Under the pieces are notes generated by a model, which ran no database searches, had not been told where the DNA came from, and worked only from the letters and a program-made list of their open reading frames with translations. Shown here piece after piece: positions 8,988 through 14,572 of a stretch of DNA of 20,000 nucleotides. Position numbers and translations under genes: made by a program. Position 1 is the stretch's first letter. Every line of letters begins with the position of its first letter. The DNA is taken from positions 107,665 to 127,664 of IMG/VR virus record IMGVR_UViG_3300044825_001403; one strand, given 5' to 3'. The DNA is from an uncultured virus (IMG/VR IMGVR_UViG_3300044825_001403). Taxonomy: Duplodnaviria > Heunggongvirae > Uroviricota > Caudoviricetes.

Positions 8988-9311
8988 AGCAATACCTTCG
9001 CTTAACATTTTTTCATTTAATGTGACAGGATCGCCAACAAGATAAAGAGTGCCAAGTATTCTTCCATACTTGTCCTCTTTTGTTGTTTCAATAATCCACT
9101 CTCCTTCACGGGAGAGTTCTTTTTTTAGCCATTCTTTTGCCGATAGACCTTTTTCTTTCTCTGCTAGGTCTTTGGTTCTAGTTTCGGCAGCATTAATATC
9201 TTTTAGTCTTATTCTTTGAGAGAGTGTGATACCAAAACCTAAATCAATATCAACATCAATAGTGTCGCCATCAATGATTCTCTTGATCTTCTTGATCTTG
9301 TATTGATACAT
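8973..9311 (-). CDS. thermonuclease (SNase-like) family nuclease
   Basis: IIDGDTIDV, RIRLKDINAAE and DKYGRILG are staphylococcal-nuclease motifs. Confidence 0.9.
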   Translation of the reverse strand: MYQYKIKKIKRIIDGDTIDVDIDLGFGITLSQRIRLKDINAAETRTKDLAEKEKGLSAKEWLKKELSREGEWIIETTKEDKYGRILGTLYLVGDPVTLNEKMLSEGIALPYS

Positions 9312-9420
9312 CTTTCATCTCCAAATATGCTAACCTTAATATGTAGTAAATTATCCAAGCAGTGAATACCAATCCACTGCCAAGTATAATAACTACTCCC
9401 CAAGGAAAATCGTGAATCAT
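9271..9420 (-). CDS. small membrane protein, 49 aa (not in ORF track)
   Basis: MIHDFPWGVVIILGSGLVFTAWIIYYILRLAYLEMKDVSIQDQEDQENH*. ATGA-coupled to the upstream gene; one TM helix. Confidence 0.7.
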   Translation of the reverse strand: MIHDFPWGVVIILGSGLVFTAWIIYYILRLAYLEMKDVSIQDQEDQENH

Positions 9421-9623
9421 TTTTTAACTTCTCTCAAAATCTCCATCATTAAATCTTGTTGTTTTTCAGAATCATTCTTCATTTCTTGAAGAGTTTTTTC
9501 CATCTGAATAATTTTTTGCTCTTGAACTACAGTCTTTTGTTGAAGACCCCAAAAACTTGTTACACCACCAATGATGGCAGCTCCTATTAGAGATGTTGCT
9601 ATCGTGCCCATATTGAGTTCCAT
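9417..9623 (-). CDS. small protein, N-terminal TM helix plus coiled coil
   Basis: 68 aa; IATSLIGAAIIGGVTSFWGL then a Gln/Glu/Lys-rich helix; AGGT RBS. Confidence 0.75.
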   Translation of the reverse strand: MELNMGTIATSLIGAAIIGGVTSFWGLQQKTVVQEQKIIQMEKTLQEMKNDSEKQQDLMMEILREVKK

Positions 9624-9624
9624 T

Positions 9625-9819
9625 TTAATATCTACCTTCCTGTTTATGTATCCAAGTTTTTAATTCGTGAAGATATTGTCTAAGTTGATCTGCTTTTTCT
9701 AGATGCCATTTATCACCACTCTTGAAATACTCTTGAGTGTGGTTGTCTATTGCTTTGAGAATATTATGTATTGGTGCGTTCCAAGGCTCACGTTTGGGAG
9801 TATTCCATTCTCTTGGCAT
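9625..9819 (-). CDS. hypothetical protein, 64 aa
   Basis: MPREWNTPKREPWNAPIH..; tightly packed in the minus-strand operon. Confidence 0.75.
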   Translation of the reverse strand: MPREWNTPKREPWNAPIHNILKAIDNHTQEYFKSGDKWHLEKADQLRQYLHELKTWIHKQEGRY

Positions 9820-9926
9820 ACTTCACTTTTTTTACCTCCATTCTTTGCCTTCTTCGCAGTAGCATTACCTTGATTTTGCTTTGGTTTCTTGGCAGCTTTG
9901 CTACCTTTGTTCTTTTCCTTAGACAT
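9747..9926 (-). CDS. small Lys-rich basic protein (3' end uncertain)
   Basis: MSKEKNKGSKAAKKPKQNQGNATAKKAKNGGKK.. from ATG 9926, downstream of a late promoter. As sequenced it runs 73 nt into the next gene. Confidence 0.55.
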   Translation of the reverse strand: MSKEKNKGSKAAKKPKQNQGNATAKKAKNGGKKSEVCQENGILPNVSLGTHQYIIFSKQ

Positions 9927-9949
9927 GATTCGGTATACCGATACACTAA

Positions 9950-9957
9950 TATTTATG
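9950..9957 (-). promoter_or_regulatory. late promoter for the minus-strand operon
   Basis: CATAAATA on the minus strand, 23 nt upstream of ATG 9926. Confidence 0.6.
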
Positions 9958-9964
9958 TGGGGGG

Positions 9965-9993
9965 TTGACAAGAGGCTAAATAGATGCTATATT
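9965..9993 (+). promoter_or_regulatory. sigma70-type promoter
   Basis: TTGACA, 17 bp, TGc-TATATT (extended -10). Confidence 0.75.
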
Positions 9994-9999
9994 ATGAAT

Positions 10000-10110
10000 T
10001 CCTCACATGTGGGGATCACATCATGAGAGAGTGAGTGACAATTAGAGCCCAGGAAGGTGCCCCCCGAGAGGGGCGGTGTACCCCCCTTCTATTGGGATGT
10101 AGAGTTCTAT
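10000..10110 (+). ncRNA. candidate structured 5' leader RNA of the RlpA-like gene
   Basis: GC-rich non-coding stretch with nested pairings: TAGAGC/GTTCTA, CCA/TGG, GGAAGG/CCTTCT and CCCC-GAGA-GGGG. Confidence 0.5.
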
Positions 10111-10118
10111 TCAATTAA

Positions 10119-10481
10119 ATGCTTTTTAAAACCCTGTCTATTCTCGCCATTGCTACTGTAGGACTGGCACCCCTTCAAGCAAAGGCATCGAGCGGATGTT
10201 CCCTCGCATCACATTATGGAGTTGGTGACGGATATCACGGTCGCACCACCGCTAACGGTGAAAGATATAATGCTTACGGTCATTCCACAGCCCACAGATA
10301 CCTTCCTTTTGGAACACGTCTCAGGGTAACTAACCAAGCGAATGGCAGATCTGTAATTGTTCGTGTGAATGATCGGGGTCCTTTTGTGGGCGGACGATCA
10401 CTTGACCTTTCTTATGGAGCATTCACTACTATTGCTTCTCCTGGTCAAGGCGTTGCCCGAGTCTGTTATTCCCGAGTATAA
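10119..10481 (+). CDS. rlpA: RlpA-like double-psi beta-barrel lytic transglycosylase with signal peptide
   Basis: ASHYG..YHGRTTANGERY..TAHRYLPFGT.LRVTN..VRVNDRGPF..RSLDLSYGAF; signal peptide ending AKA. Confidence 0.9.
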   Translation: MLFKTLSILAIATVGLAPLQAKASSGCSLASHYGVGDGYHGRTTANGERYNAYGHSTAHRYLPFGTRLRVTNQANGRSVIVRVNDRGPFVGGRSLDLSYGAFTTIASPGQGVARVCYSRV

Positions 10482-10484
10482 CAG

Positions 10485-10517
10485 CATAAATATGGGGGAG
10501 GTATCTCCCCCTTTTTT
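10485..10517 (+). terminator. late promoter followed by intrinsic terminator
   Basis: CATAAATA 10485-10492, then GGGGGAG-gtat-CTCCCCC and T6. Confidence 0.7.
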
Positions 10518-10518
10518 A

Positions 10519-10815
10519 ATGTCTATTCAAGATTTACCAGATGATGAAAAAGATGCTATTGATATTTTAGCAAAAGCTGGATACCTCAAAGCTTCCAATG
10601 ATAAAATTGAAGTATCTTTAGAATCATCAAATACTTTAAATATTCAACCAAAGGGAAATGTTTTTGGAGCAAAAGTAAAAGTAGAAAATGATGGAAGCAT
10701 CACACCTACTCTCACTTTCGACACAAAAAAATTAAGAGATTCTAAAAGAATAGATGCTAAATCTGCTGTAGATCAAGCACTAGAAGATTATCTGAATGGT
10801 GGAGGCAATGTTTAA
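10519..10815 (+). CDS. hypothetical protein, 98 aa
   Basis: MSIQDLPDDEKDAIDILAKAG... The ORF-track start at 10369 overlaps rlpA and the terminator, so ATG 10519 is preferred. Confidence 0.7.
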   Translation: MSIQDLPDDEKDAIDILAKAGYLKASNDKIEVSLESSNTLNIQPKGNVFGAKVKVENDGSITPTLTFDTKKLRDSKRIDAKSAVDQALEDYLNGGGNV

Positions 10816-11281
10816 ATTATTTGAAGTTAAGGAAGGAAAATTAAAAATTTTACCTTCATTAAGGTTTAAAAATATTGGTGGGTTTATTATAATTTCAATT
10901 GTTGCAATTATAATTGCTAACTTATCAGGAGCATTGAAAGTAAATGAAAGAGATCTTTGGAAATTTTATAATCTTTTAATTAATAGACTTGGTTTACAAC
11001 AGGAACTACCTGACATAAGAGATCATGAAAAACAACTTGACGCTCAAATTGAATTGGAAGTTGATAAAGCAATTCGTGATTACGAACGCTTGACAGGAGA
11101 CGATGGAACTGTTAGAATACCACCACCACGACGTTCCGAGAAACCAGTAGACACCTCGGTGTGCTACACTCCTGAATGTCAAGCACTTGGAGGAGAAATC
11201 CGAATCTGTGCTCCATGGGTTCCAGATTGCCCCTTGACAAACCAAGAACAATCTGGTACAATAAACAAGTTGTCTCAGTAG
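10808..11281 (+). CDS. membrane-anchored protein with Pro/Cys-rich C-terminus
   Basis: TM GGFIIISIVAIIIANL, helical middle, PPP..CYTPECQALGGEIRICAPWVPDCP. The stop lies inside the first bases of the tRNA; start could be 10796 or 10808. Confidence 0.75.
   Translation: MFKLFEVKEGKLKILPSLRFKNIGGFIIISIVAIIIANLSGALKVNERDLWKFYNLLINRLGLQQELPDIRDHEKQLDAQIELEVDKAIRDYERLTGDDGTVRIPPPRRSEKPVDTSVCYTPECQALGGEIRICAPWVPDCPLTNQEQSGTINKLSQ
11234..11262 (+). promoter_or_regulatory. sigma70-type promoter for tRNA genes
   Basis: TTGACA, 17 bp, TGg-TACAAT, 9 nt before the tRNA. Confidence 0.8.
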
Positions 11282-11394
11282 CTCAGTGGAATAGAGCAAC
11301 CGCCTTCGGGAGTTCCGAGTGGACTTAATGGGGAGCATTACCCTATACTCTCATAAGCGGTCGGTCGCTGGTTCAAATCCAGCCTGAGACGCCA
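11272..11394 (+). tRNA. tRNA-Arg (TCT or TCG) with a 46-nt anticodon-loop insertion, CCA encoded
   Basis: Acceptor GTCTCAG/CTGAGAC, D arm GCTC/GAGC with A20, anticodon stem ACCGC/GCGGT enclosing 53 nt instead of 7, T arm GCTGG-TTCAAAT-CCAGC, GCCA end. Confidence 0.85.
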
Positions 11395-11466
11395 GGGCGA
11401 TTAACTCAGCGGTAGAGTAATTCCCTTACAAGGAATGAGTCACTGGTTCGATTCCAGTATCGCCCA
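11395..11466 (+). tRNA. tRNA-Val(TAC)
   Basis: GGGCGAT/ATCGCCC, anticodon arm ATTCC-CTTACAA-GGAAT, TTCGATT loop; abuts the previous CCA with no spacer. Confidence 0.93.
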
Positions 11467-11473
11467 TTACATC

Positions 11474-11481
11474 TATAAATA
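11474..11481 (+). promoter_or_regulatory. T4-type late promoter
   Basis: Exact TATAAATA. Confidence 0.7.
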
Positions 11482-11483
11482 TT

Positions 11484-11771
11484 ATGGACAAAGAACGATA
11501 TTTAAAACTTAGAAAAGAACTTGACGATATAAAAGGAATGTTGAGAGATGTTAGTTATCAGATGCAAGAATTGCGGGAAAGTATTAGAGGAGCATCCTTC
11601 CCAACTACGATGCTGTCAGTGCCCCAACCTTACCAGCATCCGTGGTGGACATATCAGCGGTATGGATCTGTCGTTGGTGGAAATAATCTCGGGAGCCAAG
11701 TCCAAGCGTCAGGATCAATCGATCTTGACGAAACAAGATCTAGAATTTCAGGAACAACGAAAGCAGCGTAG
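11484..11771 (+). CDS. possible overlapping hypothetical protein
   Basis: 95-aa ORF with an amphipathic N-terminal helix, overlapping the Cys-rich ORF by 224 nt in another frame. Confidence 0.35.
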   Translation: MDKERYLKLRKELDDIKGMLRDVSYQMQELRESIRGASFPTTMLSVPQPYQHPWWTYQRYGSVVGGNNLGSQVQASGSIDLDETRSRISGTTKAA

Positions 11772-11802
11772 AGTTCGTAGACTTGACTTTGAAGTAAGAT
11801 AG
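11548..11802 (+). CDS. small Cys-rich (Zn-ribbon-like) protein
   Basis: RCKNCG..CCQCPN..RRVRRLDFEVR, 84 aa. Confidence 0.75.
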   Translation: MLVIRCKNCGKVLEEHPSQLRCCQCPNLTSIRGGHISGMDLSLVEIISGAKSKRQDQSILTKQDLEFQEQRKQRRVRRLDFEVR

Positions 11803-11811
11803 CCCTATAAT
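11783..11811 (+). promoter_or_regulatory. sigma70-type promoter for tRNA-Pro
   Basis: TTGACT, 17 bp, TATAAT; the -10 box is flanked by the inverted repeat AGCCC/GGGCT. Confidence 0.8.
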
Positions 11812-11821
11812 GGGCTCATAA

Positions 11822-11893
11822 CGGGGTGTAAGTCAGCGGTAGACGGCTTGCTTTGGGAGCAAGAAGACACTGGTTCGATCCCAGTCACCCCGA
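11822..11893 (+). tRNA. tRNA-Pro(TGG)
   Basis: CGGGGTG/CACCCCG, anticodon arm CTTGC-TTTGGGA-GCAAG, TTCGATC loop, A73. Confidence 0.93.
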
Positions 11894-11911
11894 TTGTCAT
11901 TACGACATACC

Positions 11912-12106
11912 ATGATTGAAATTACACAAGATGAATTTGAAAGCAACTTTGATGCCTACATGGATCGAGTTGAACAAAACCAAGAAATGTTTCTAATCAG
12001 ACTACCTGATGGTAGAGGTGTTGTGATGGCACCTGTTGATGAAGAAACTAAAGAAGTTTTTGACAACGTTATTCAAAAAAATTATGTCCCTGAACTCACA
12101 GATTGA
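11912..12106 (+). CDS. small protein resembling the Phd/YefM antitoxin N-terminal fold
   Basis: MIEITQDEFESNFDAYMDRVEQNQEMFLIRLPDGRGVVMAPV resembles the Phd/YefM pattern (E+..+...++.V....E.+.I...G..VV++). Confidence 0.6.
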   Translation: MIEITQDEFESNFDAYMDRVEQNQEMFLIRLPDGRGVVMAPVDEETKEVFDNVIQKNYVPELTD

Positions 12107-12341
12107 AACTGCGAAAGATGCTGTAAGTAAAGCACTTATCACAGCACTTGAAAATAAAAATGAACTTGTTGTTAGCAAGTTAATGAATTGCTATACAAGT
12201 TTGAGTACGATTACTGTTGCCGATACGTTTGCATCGTCATCGAAATATAAAATTGATTTTGGCGGTGGAATTTATACAAACAATTATAACATTCCTTGTT
12301 CTATGAACGATGATGTAATTTCATTCACTGGTCTGGGTTAG
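12084..12341 (+). CDS. hypothetical protein, 85 aa
   Basis: MSLNSQIETAKDAVSKALITALE..DDVISFTGLG; ATG 12084 preferred to 12036. Confidence 0.65.
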   Translation: MSLNSQIETAKDAVSKALITALENKNELVVSKLMNCYTSLSTITVADTFASSSKYKIDFGGGIYTNNYNIPCSMNDDVISFTGLG

Positions 12342-12382
12342 ACTTTAAACTTACCCTGGTGGAGCCAATTACCCTAAATGCT

Positions 12383-12583
12383 ATGTCAGAAGTTAACATG
12401 AGGTTTGTCGAAGAACTCGACACAGGTGACAAAGTAATCACGTATTACAGCGTGAAAGAGATTGACAATCGATTCTACTACGTGTATAATGATGTCAATC
12501 ACGGTCCTTACGAGGACTTTGACGATGCTGTGGAAGCAGCTTATGAAGATTTGATTCTTCAAACAGTCACGGATGGACTATAA
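12383..12583 (+). CDS. small acidic hypothetical protein
   Basis: MSEVNMRFVEELDTGDK..HGPYEDFDDAVEAAYEDL; start uncertain (12359 GTG, 12383 or 12398 ATG). Confidence 0.65.
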   Translation: MSEVNMRFVEELDTGDKVITYYSVKEIDNRFYYVYNDVNHGPYEDFDDAVEAAYEDLILQTVTDGL

Positions 12584-12735
12584 CAGCACTGGTCGGGACC
12601 CCCTCGATTGTCCTCGTCGGATTGGACATTAAATATGCCGACTGGTGCGGATGGGGTTTTTAACTCCCGCCGAGTTTCCAATTTTCTCGTAATCAAAATT
12701 GGTGGCGAGCCTGCTCACGGGGATTGACCGTCCCC
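12565..12735 (+). ncRNA. manA-like structured RNA (tandem pseudoknot modules each followed by UGGYG)
   Basis: H-type pseudoknots TGTCC/GGACA + GTCGG/CCGAC then TGGTG, and CGAG/CTCG + CCAATTTT/AAAATTGG then TGGCG; next to a tRNA. The family name is from recollection and was not searched. Confidence 0.65.
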
Positions 12736-12740
12736 ACCCT

Positions 12741-12812
12741 GCGAGATTAATTCAGTGGTAGAATGTCAGCCTTCCAAGCTGAACGTCAGGGGTTCAAATC
12801 CCCTATCTCGCT
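12741..12812 (+). tRNA. tRNA-Gly(TCC)
   Basis: GCGAGAT/ATCTCGC, anticodon arm TCAGC-CTTCCAA-GCTGA, TTCAAAT loop, U73. Confidence 0.93.
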
Positions 12813-12858
12813 TGCCCACTATGGGCTAAATAAACCTTGTAGTTAATTATACAATACT

Positions 12859-13740
12859 ATGATGATTCGTTCGTTTATTGCCGCTGGTGTTGCTGCCGCT
12901 TCTATGGCTGCTCCTGCTATGGCACAAGTTACCAGTGTTAAGCAACTGAGTGATGTTCAACCTACCCAGTGGTCGTATCAAGCGATTACTAATCTTGTTG
13001 AGCGTTATGGTTGTGTTGCTGGTTATCCCAATGGCACTTTCCAGCCTGGTCAACCTGCTACCCGTGCTGAGCTTGCTGCTCTCACGAATGCTTGCCTCGA
13101 CCGTATCACTGAGTTCTACAGTGCTGCTGATGCCGCTCTGGCTGCTGCTCTCCGTGCTGAGTTCGCTAAAGAAATCGGTGCTACCAATGCCCGTGTGAGT
13201 GCTCTGGAACTCGCTGCTGCCCGTAAGGCACAAGGAGTTGGTAACTACCTTGGTGCTGGTGTACTTCTTAACAAGCAAGGTGTTGCTGGCAACGGTTACA
13301 CCGAGAACCGTACTATCTCTGGTGCTACCATTCAAGGTCGTTATGCTGTGAAGACTTTCAGCAATCAGAATGCTGTTGCTGTTCGTCCTTATGCTAACCT
13401 TGTCGGTACTCCTGCTGGTCAGATCGGTGCTGGTGGTGGTGCTCTCCTCTCTTATGATTGGAGCATTTCCCGTGCTGCTTCTGGTGTGAGCCGTGCTAAC
13501 ATCTACACTGGTGTTGGTTATCAAATTCCTTTCGTGAACGATACTGCTGCTAACTATCAGTCTGCTGTTGGCGAGAAGGGTCAAGTTGTGCTTGCTCTGG
13601 GTATCGAAGGTCGTCTGACCAACTCTCTCGTTGGTTTTGCTGATCTGAAGTTCCCCACCACCAACGCTGCTAATAGCTATGGTGCTACCAATGGGACTTA
13701 TTCTCCTGTGTTCACCACGGGTCTCGGCTTCAAGTTCTGA
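12859..13740 (+). CDS. SLH-domain outer-membrane beta-barrel protein (cyanobacterial porin-type N-terminus)
   Basis: Signal peptide (..APAMA), VTSVKQLSDVQPTQWSYQAITNLVERYGCVAGYPNGTF..TRAE SLH motif as in SomA/SomB porins, amphipathic beta strands, C-terminal GLGFKF. Confidence 0.85.
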   Translation: MMIRSFIAAGVAAASMAAPAMAQVTSVKQLSDVQPTQWSYQAITNLVERYGCVAGYPNGTFQPGQPATRAELAALTNACLDRITEFYSAADAALAAALRAEFAKEIGATNARVSALELAAARKAQGVGNYLGAGVLLNKQGVAGNGYTENRTISGATIQGRYAVKTFSNQNAVAVRPYANLVGTPAGQIGAGGGALLSYDWSISRAASGVSRANIYTGVGYQIPFVNDTAANYQSAVGEKGQVVLALGIEGRLTNSLVGFADLKFPTTNAANSYGATNGTYSPVFTTGLGFKF

Positions 13741-13752
13741 TTTGCTGACACT

Positions 13753-13787
13753 GGGGGGTTGACAAACCCCCCTTTCCCATATATACT
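13753..13787 (+). promoter_or_regulatory. terminator-like hairpin carrying the -35 box of the hli promoter
   Basis: GGGGGGTT-gaca-AACCCCCC-TTT; TTGACA 13759-13764, 17 bp, TATACT 13782-13787. Confidence 0.8.
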
Positions 13788-13814
13788 AGTGTAACAATTC
13801 TTAATAAATCTACA

Positions 13815-14018
13815 ATGACTGTAACGACTAATGAATTTGGCCAACAAAATATGTGGGCTAAGGAACCTGAGATGGTCTATCAAGAATACAATCGTAAGGG
13901 TCTTTTGACCCCTATGCAAACTACGGAGATGTACAATGGACGCTGGGCTATGGTCGGTATTATTGCTGGGGCTATTTCTTATATTAGCACTGGCAAACTA
14001 TTCTTCGGGATCTTCTGA
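13815..14018 (+). CDS. hli: high-light-inducible protein
   Basis: EMYNGRWAMVG (ExxNGRxAMxG) chlorophyll-binding motif; 67 aa. Confidence 0.93.
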   Translation: MTVTTNEFGQQNMWAKEPEMVYQEYNRKGLLTPMQTTEMYNGRWAMVGIIAGAISYISTGKLFFGIF

Positions 14019-14031
14019 CAATTGATTGACA

Positions 14032-14118
14032 ATGACTGAAATTTTGTTTACAATTACAGGAGTCAGCTTTTTAGTTCTGCTGGCATATTCTGTAGAAAAA
14101 CTTTGCGAAACTTACTAA
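14032..14118 (+). CDS. 28-aa single-TM microprotein (not in ORF track)
   Basis: [28 protein letters not shown]; fills the gap, and its TAA overlaps the petF ATG (TAATG). Confidence 0.65.
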   Translation: MTEILFTITGVSFLVLLAYSVEKLCETY

Positions 14119-14411
14119 TGACTACCTATAACGTTACACTCCAATCCCCTGACGGCACTGAACAATCTTTTGAATGTCCTGAAGATCAGTACATTCTTGA
14201 TGCTGCTGAATTTGCAGATATCGATCTTCCTTTTTCTTGTAAGGCAGGTGCTTGCTCTGCCTGTGCTGGTAAAGTGATTTCTGGGGAGATTGACAATGAG
14301 GAACAATCTTTCCTGGATGATGACCAAATGGCAGATGGATTTGCTCTCCTTTGTGTGGCATATCCTAAATCCAATTGTGTAATTCTCACTGAGCAGGAAG
14401 AAAACCTGTGA
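14118..14411 (+). CDS. petF: plant-type [2Fe-2S] ferredoxin
   Basis: [31 protein letters not shown]; 97 aa from ATG 14118. Confidence 0.96.
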   Translation: MTTYNVTLQSPDGTEQSFECPEDQYILDAAEFADIDLPFSCKAGACSACAGKVISGEIDNEEQSFLDDDQMADGFALLCVAYPKSNCVILTEQEENL

Positions 14412-14572
14412 GTGCTGGAATGCTAGGGCAATTAAGTCTTGCCCTTCAACAACTCGTAGAAGAAGGTGTCTGGTCTAACGATGACGAACTTAAAGTTTGT
14501 ATCGCAGGCACTTTAAAAAAAGACAAATTTATTGTTATTCAGAACACTACTAAAAGAGGAGAAACAAAATGA
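14408..14572 (+). CDS. hypothetical protein, 54 aa (not in ORF track)
   Basis: GTGA-coupled to pet[59 protein letters not shown]-coupled to the next gene. Confidence 0.7.
   Translation: MSAGMLGQLSLALQQLVEEGVWSNDDELKVCIAGTLKKDKFIVIQNTTKRGETK

Noticed and set aside
11304..11356. Calling the interrupted tRNA a Met/Ile(CAT) tRNA, a group I intron or a hammerhead/HDV ribozyme
   Set aside because: The body has Arg determinants (A20, G73); 46 nt is far too short for group I; there is no CUGANGA/GAAA core and I could not fit an HDV-type nested double pseudoknot.
12847..13584. 245-aa antisense ORF opposite the SLH protein
   Set aside because: Ser/Thr-rich mirror of the biased GCT/GGT codon usage on the sense strand; no motifs or expression signals.
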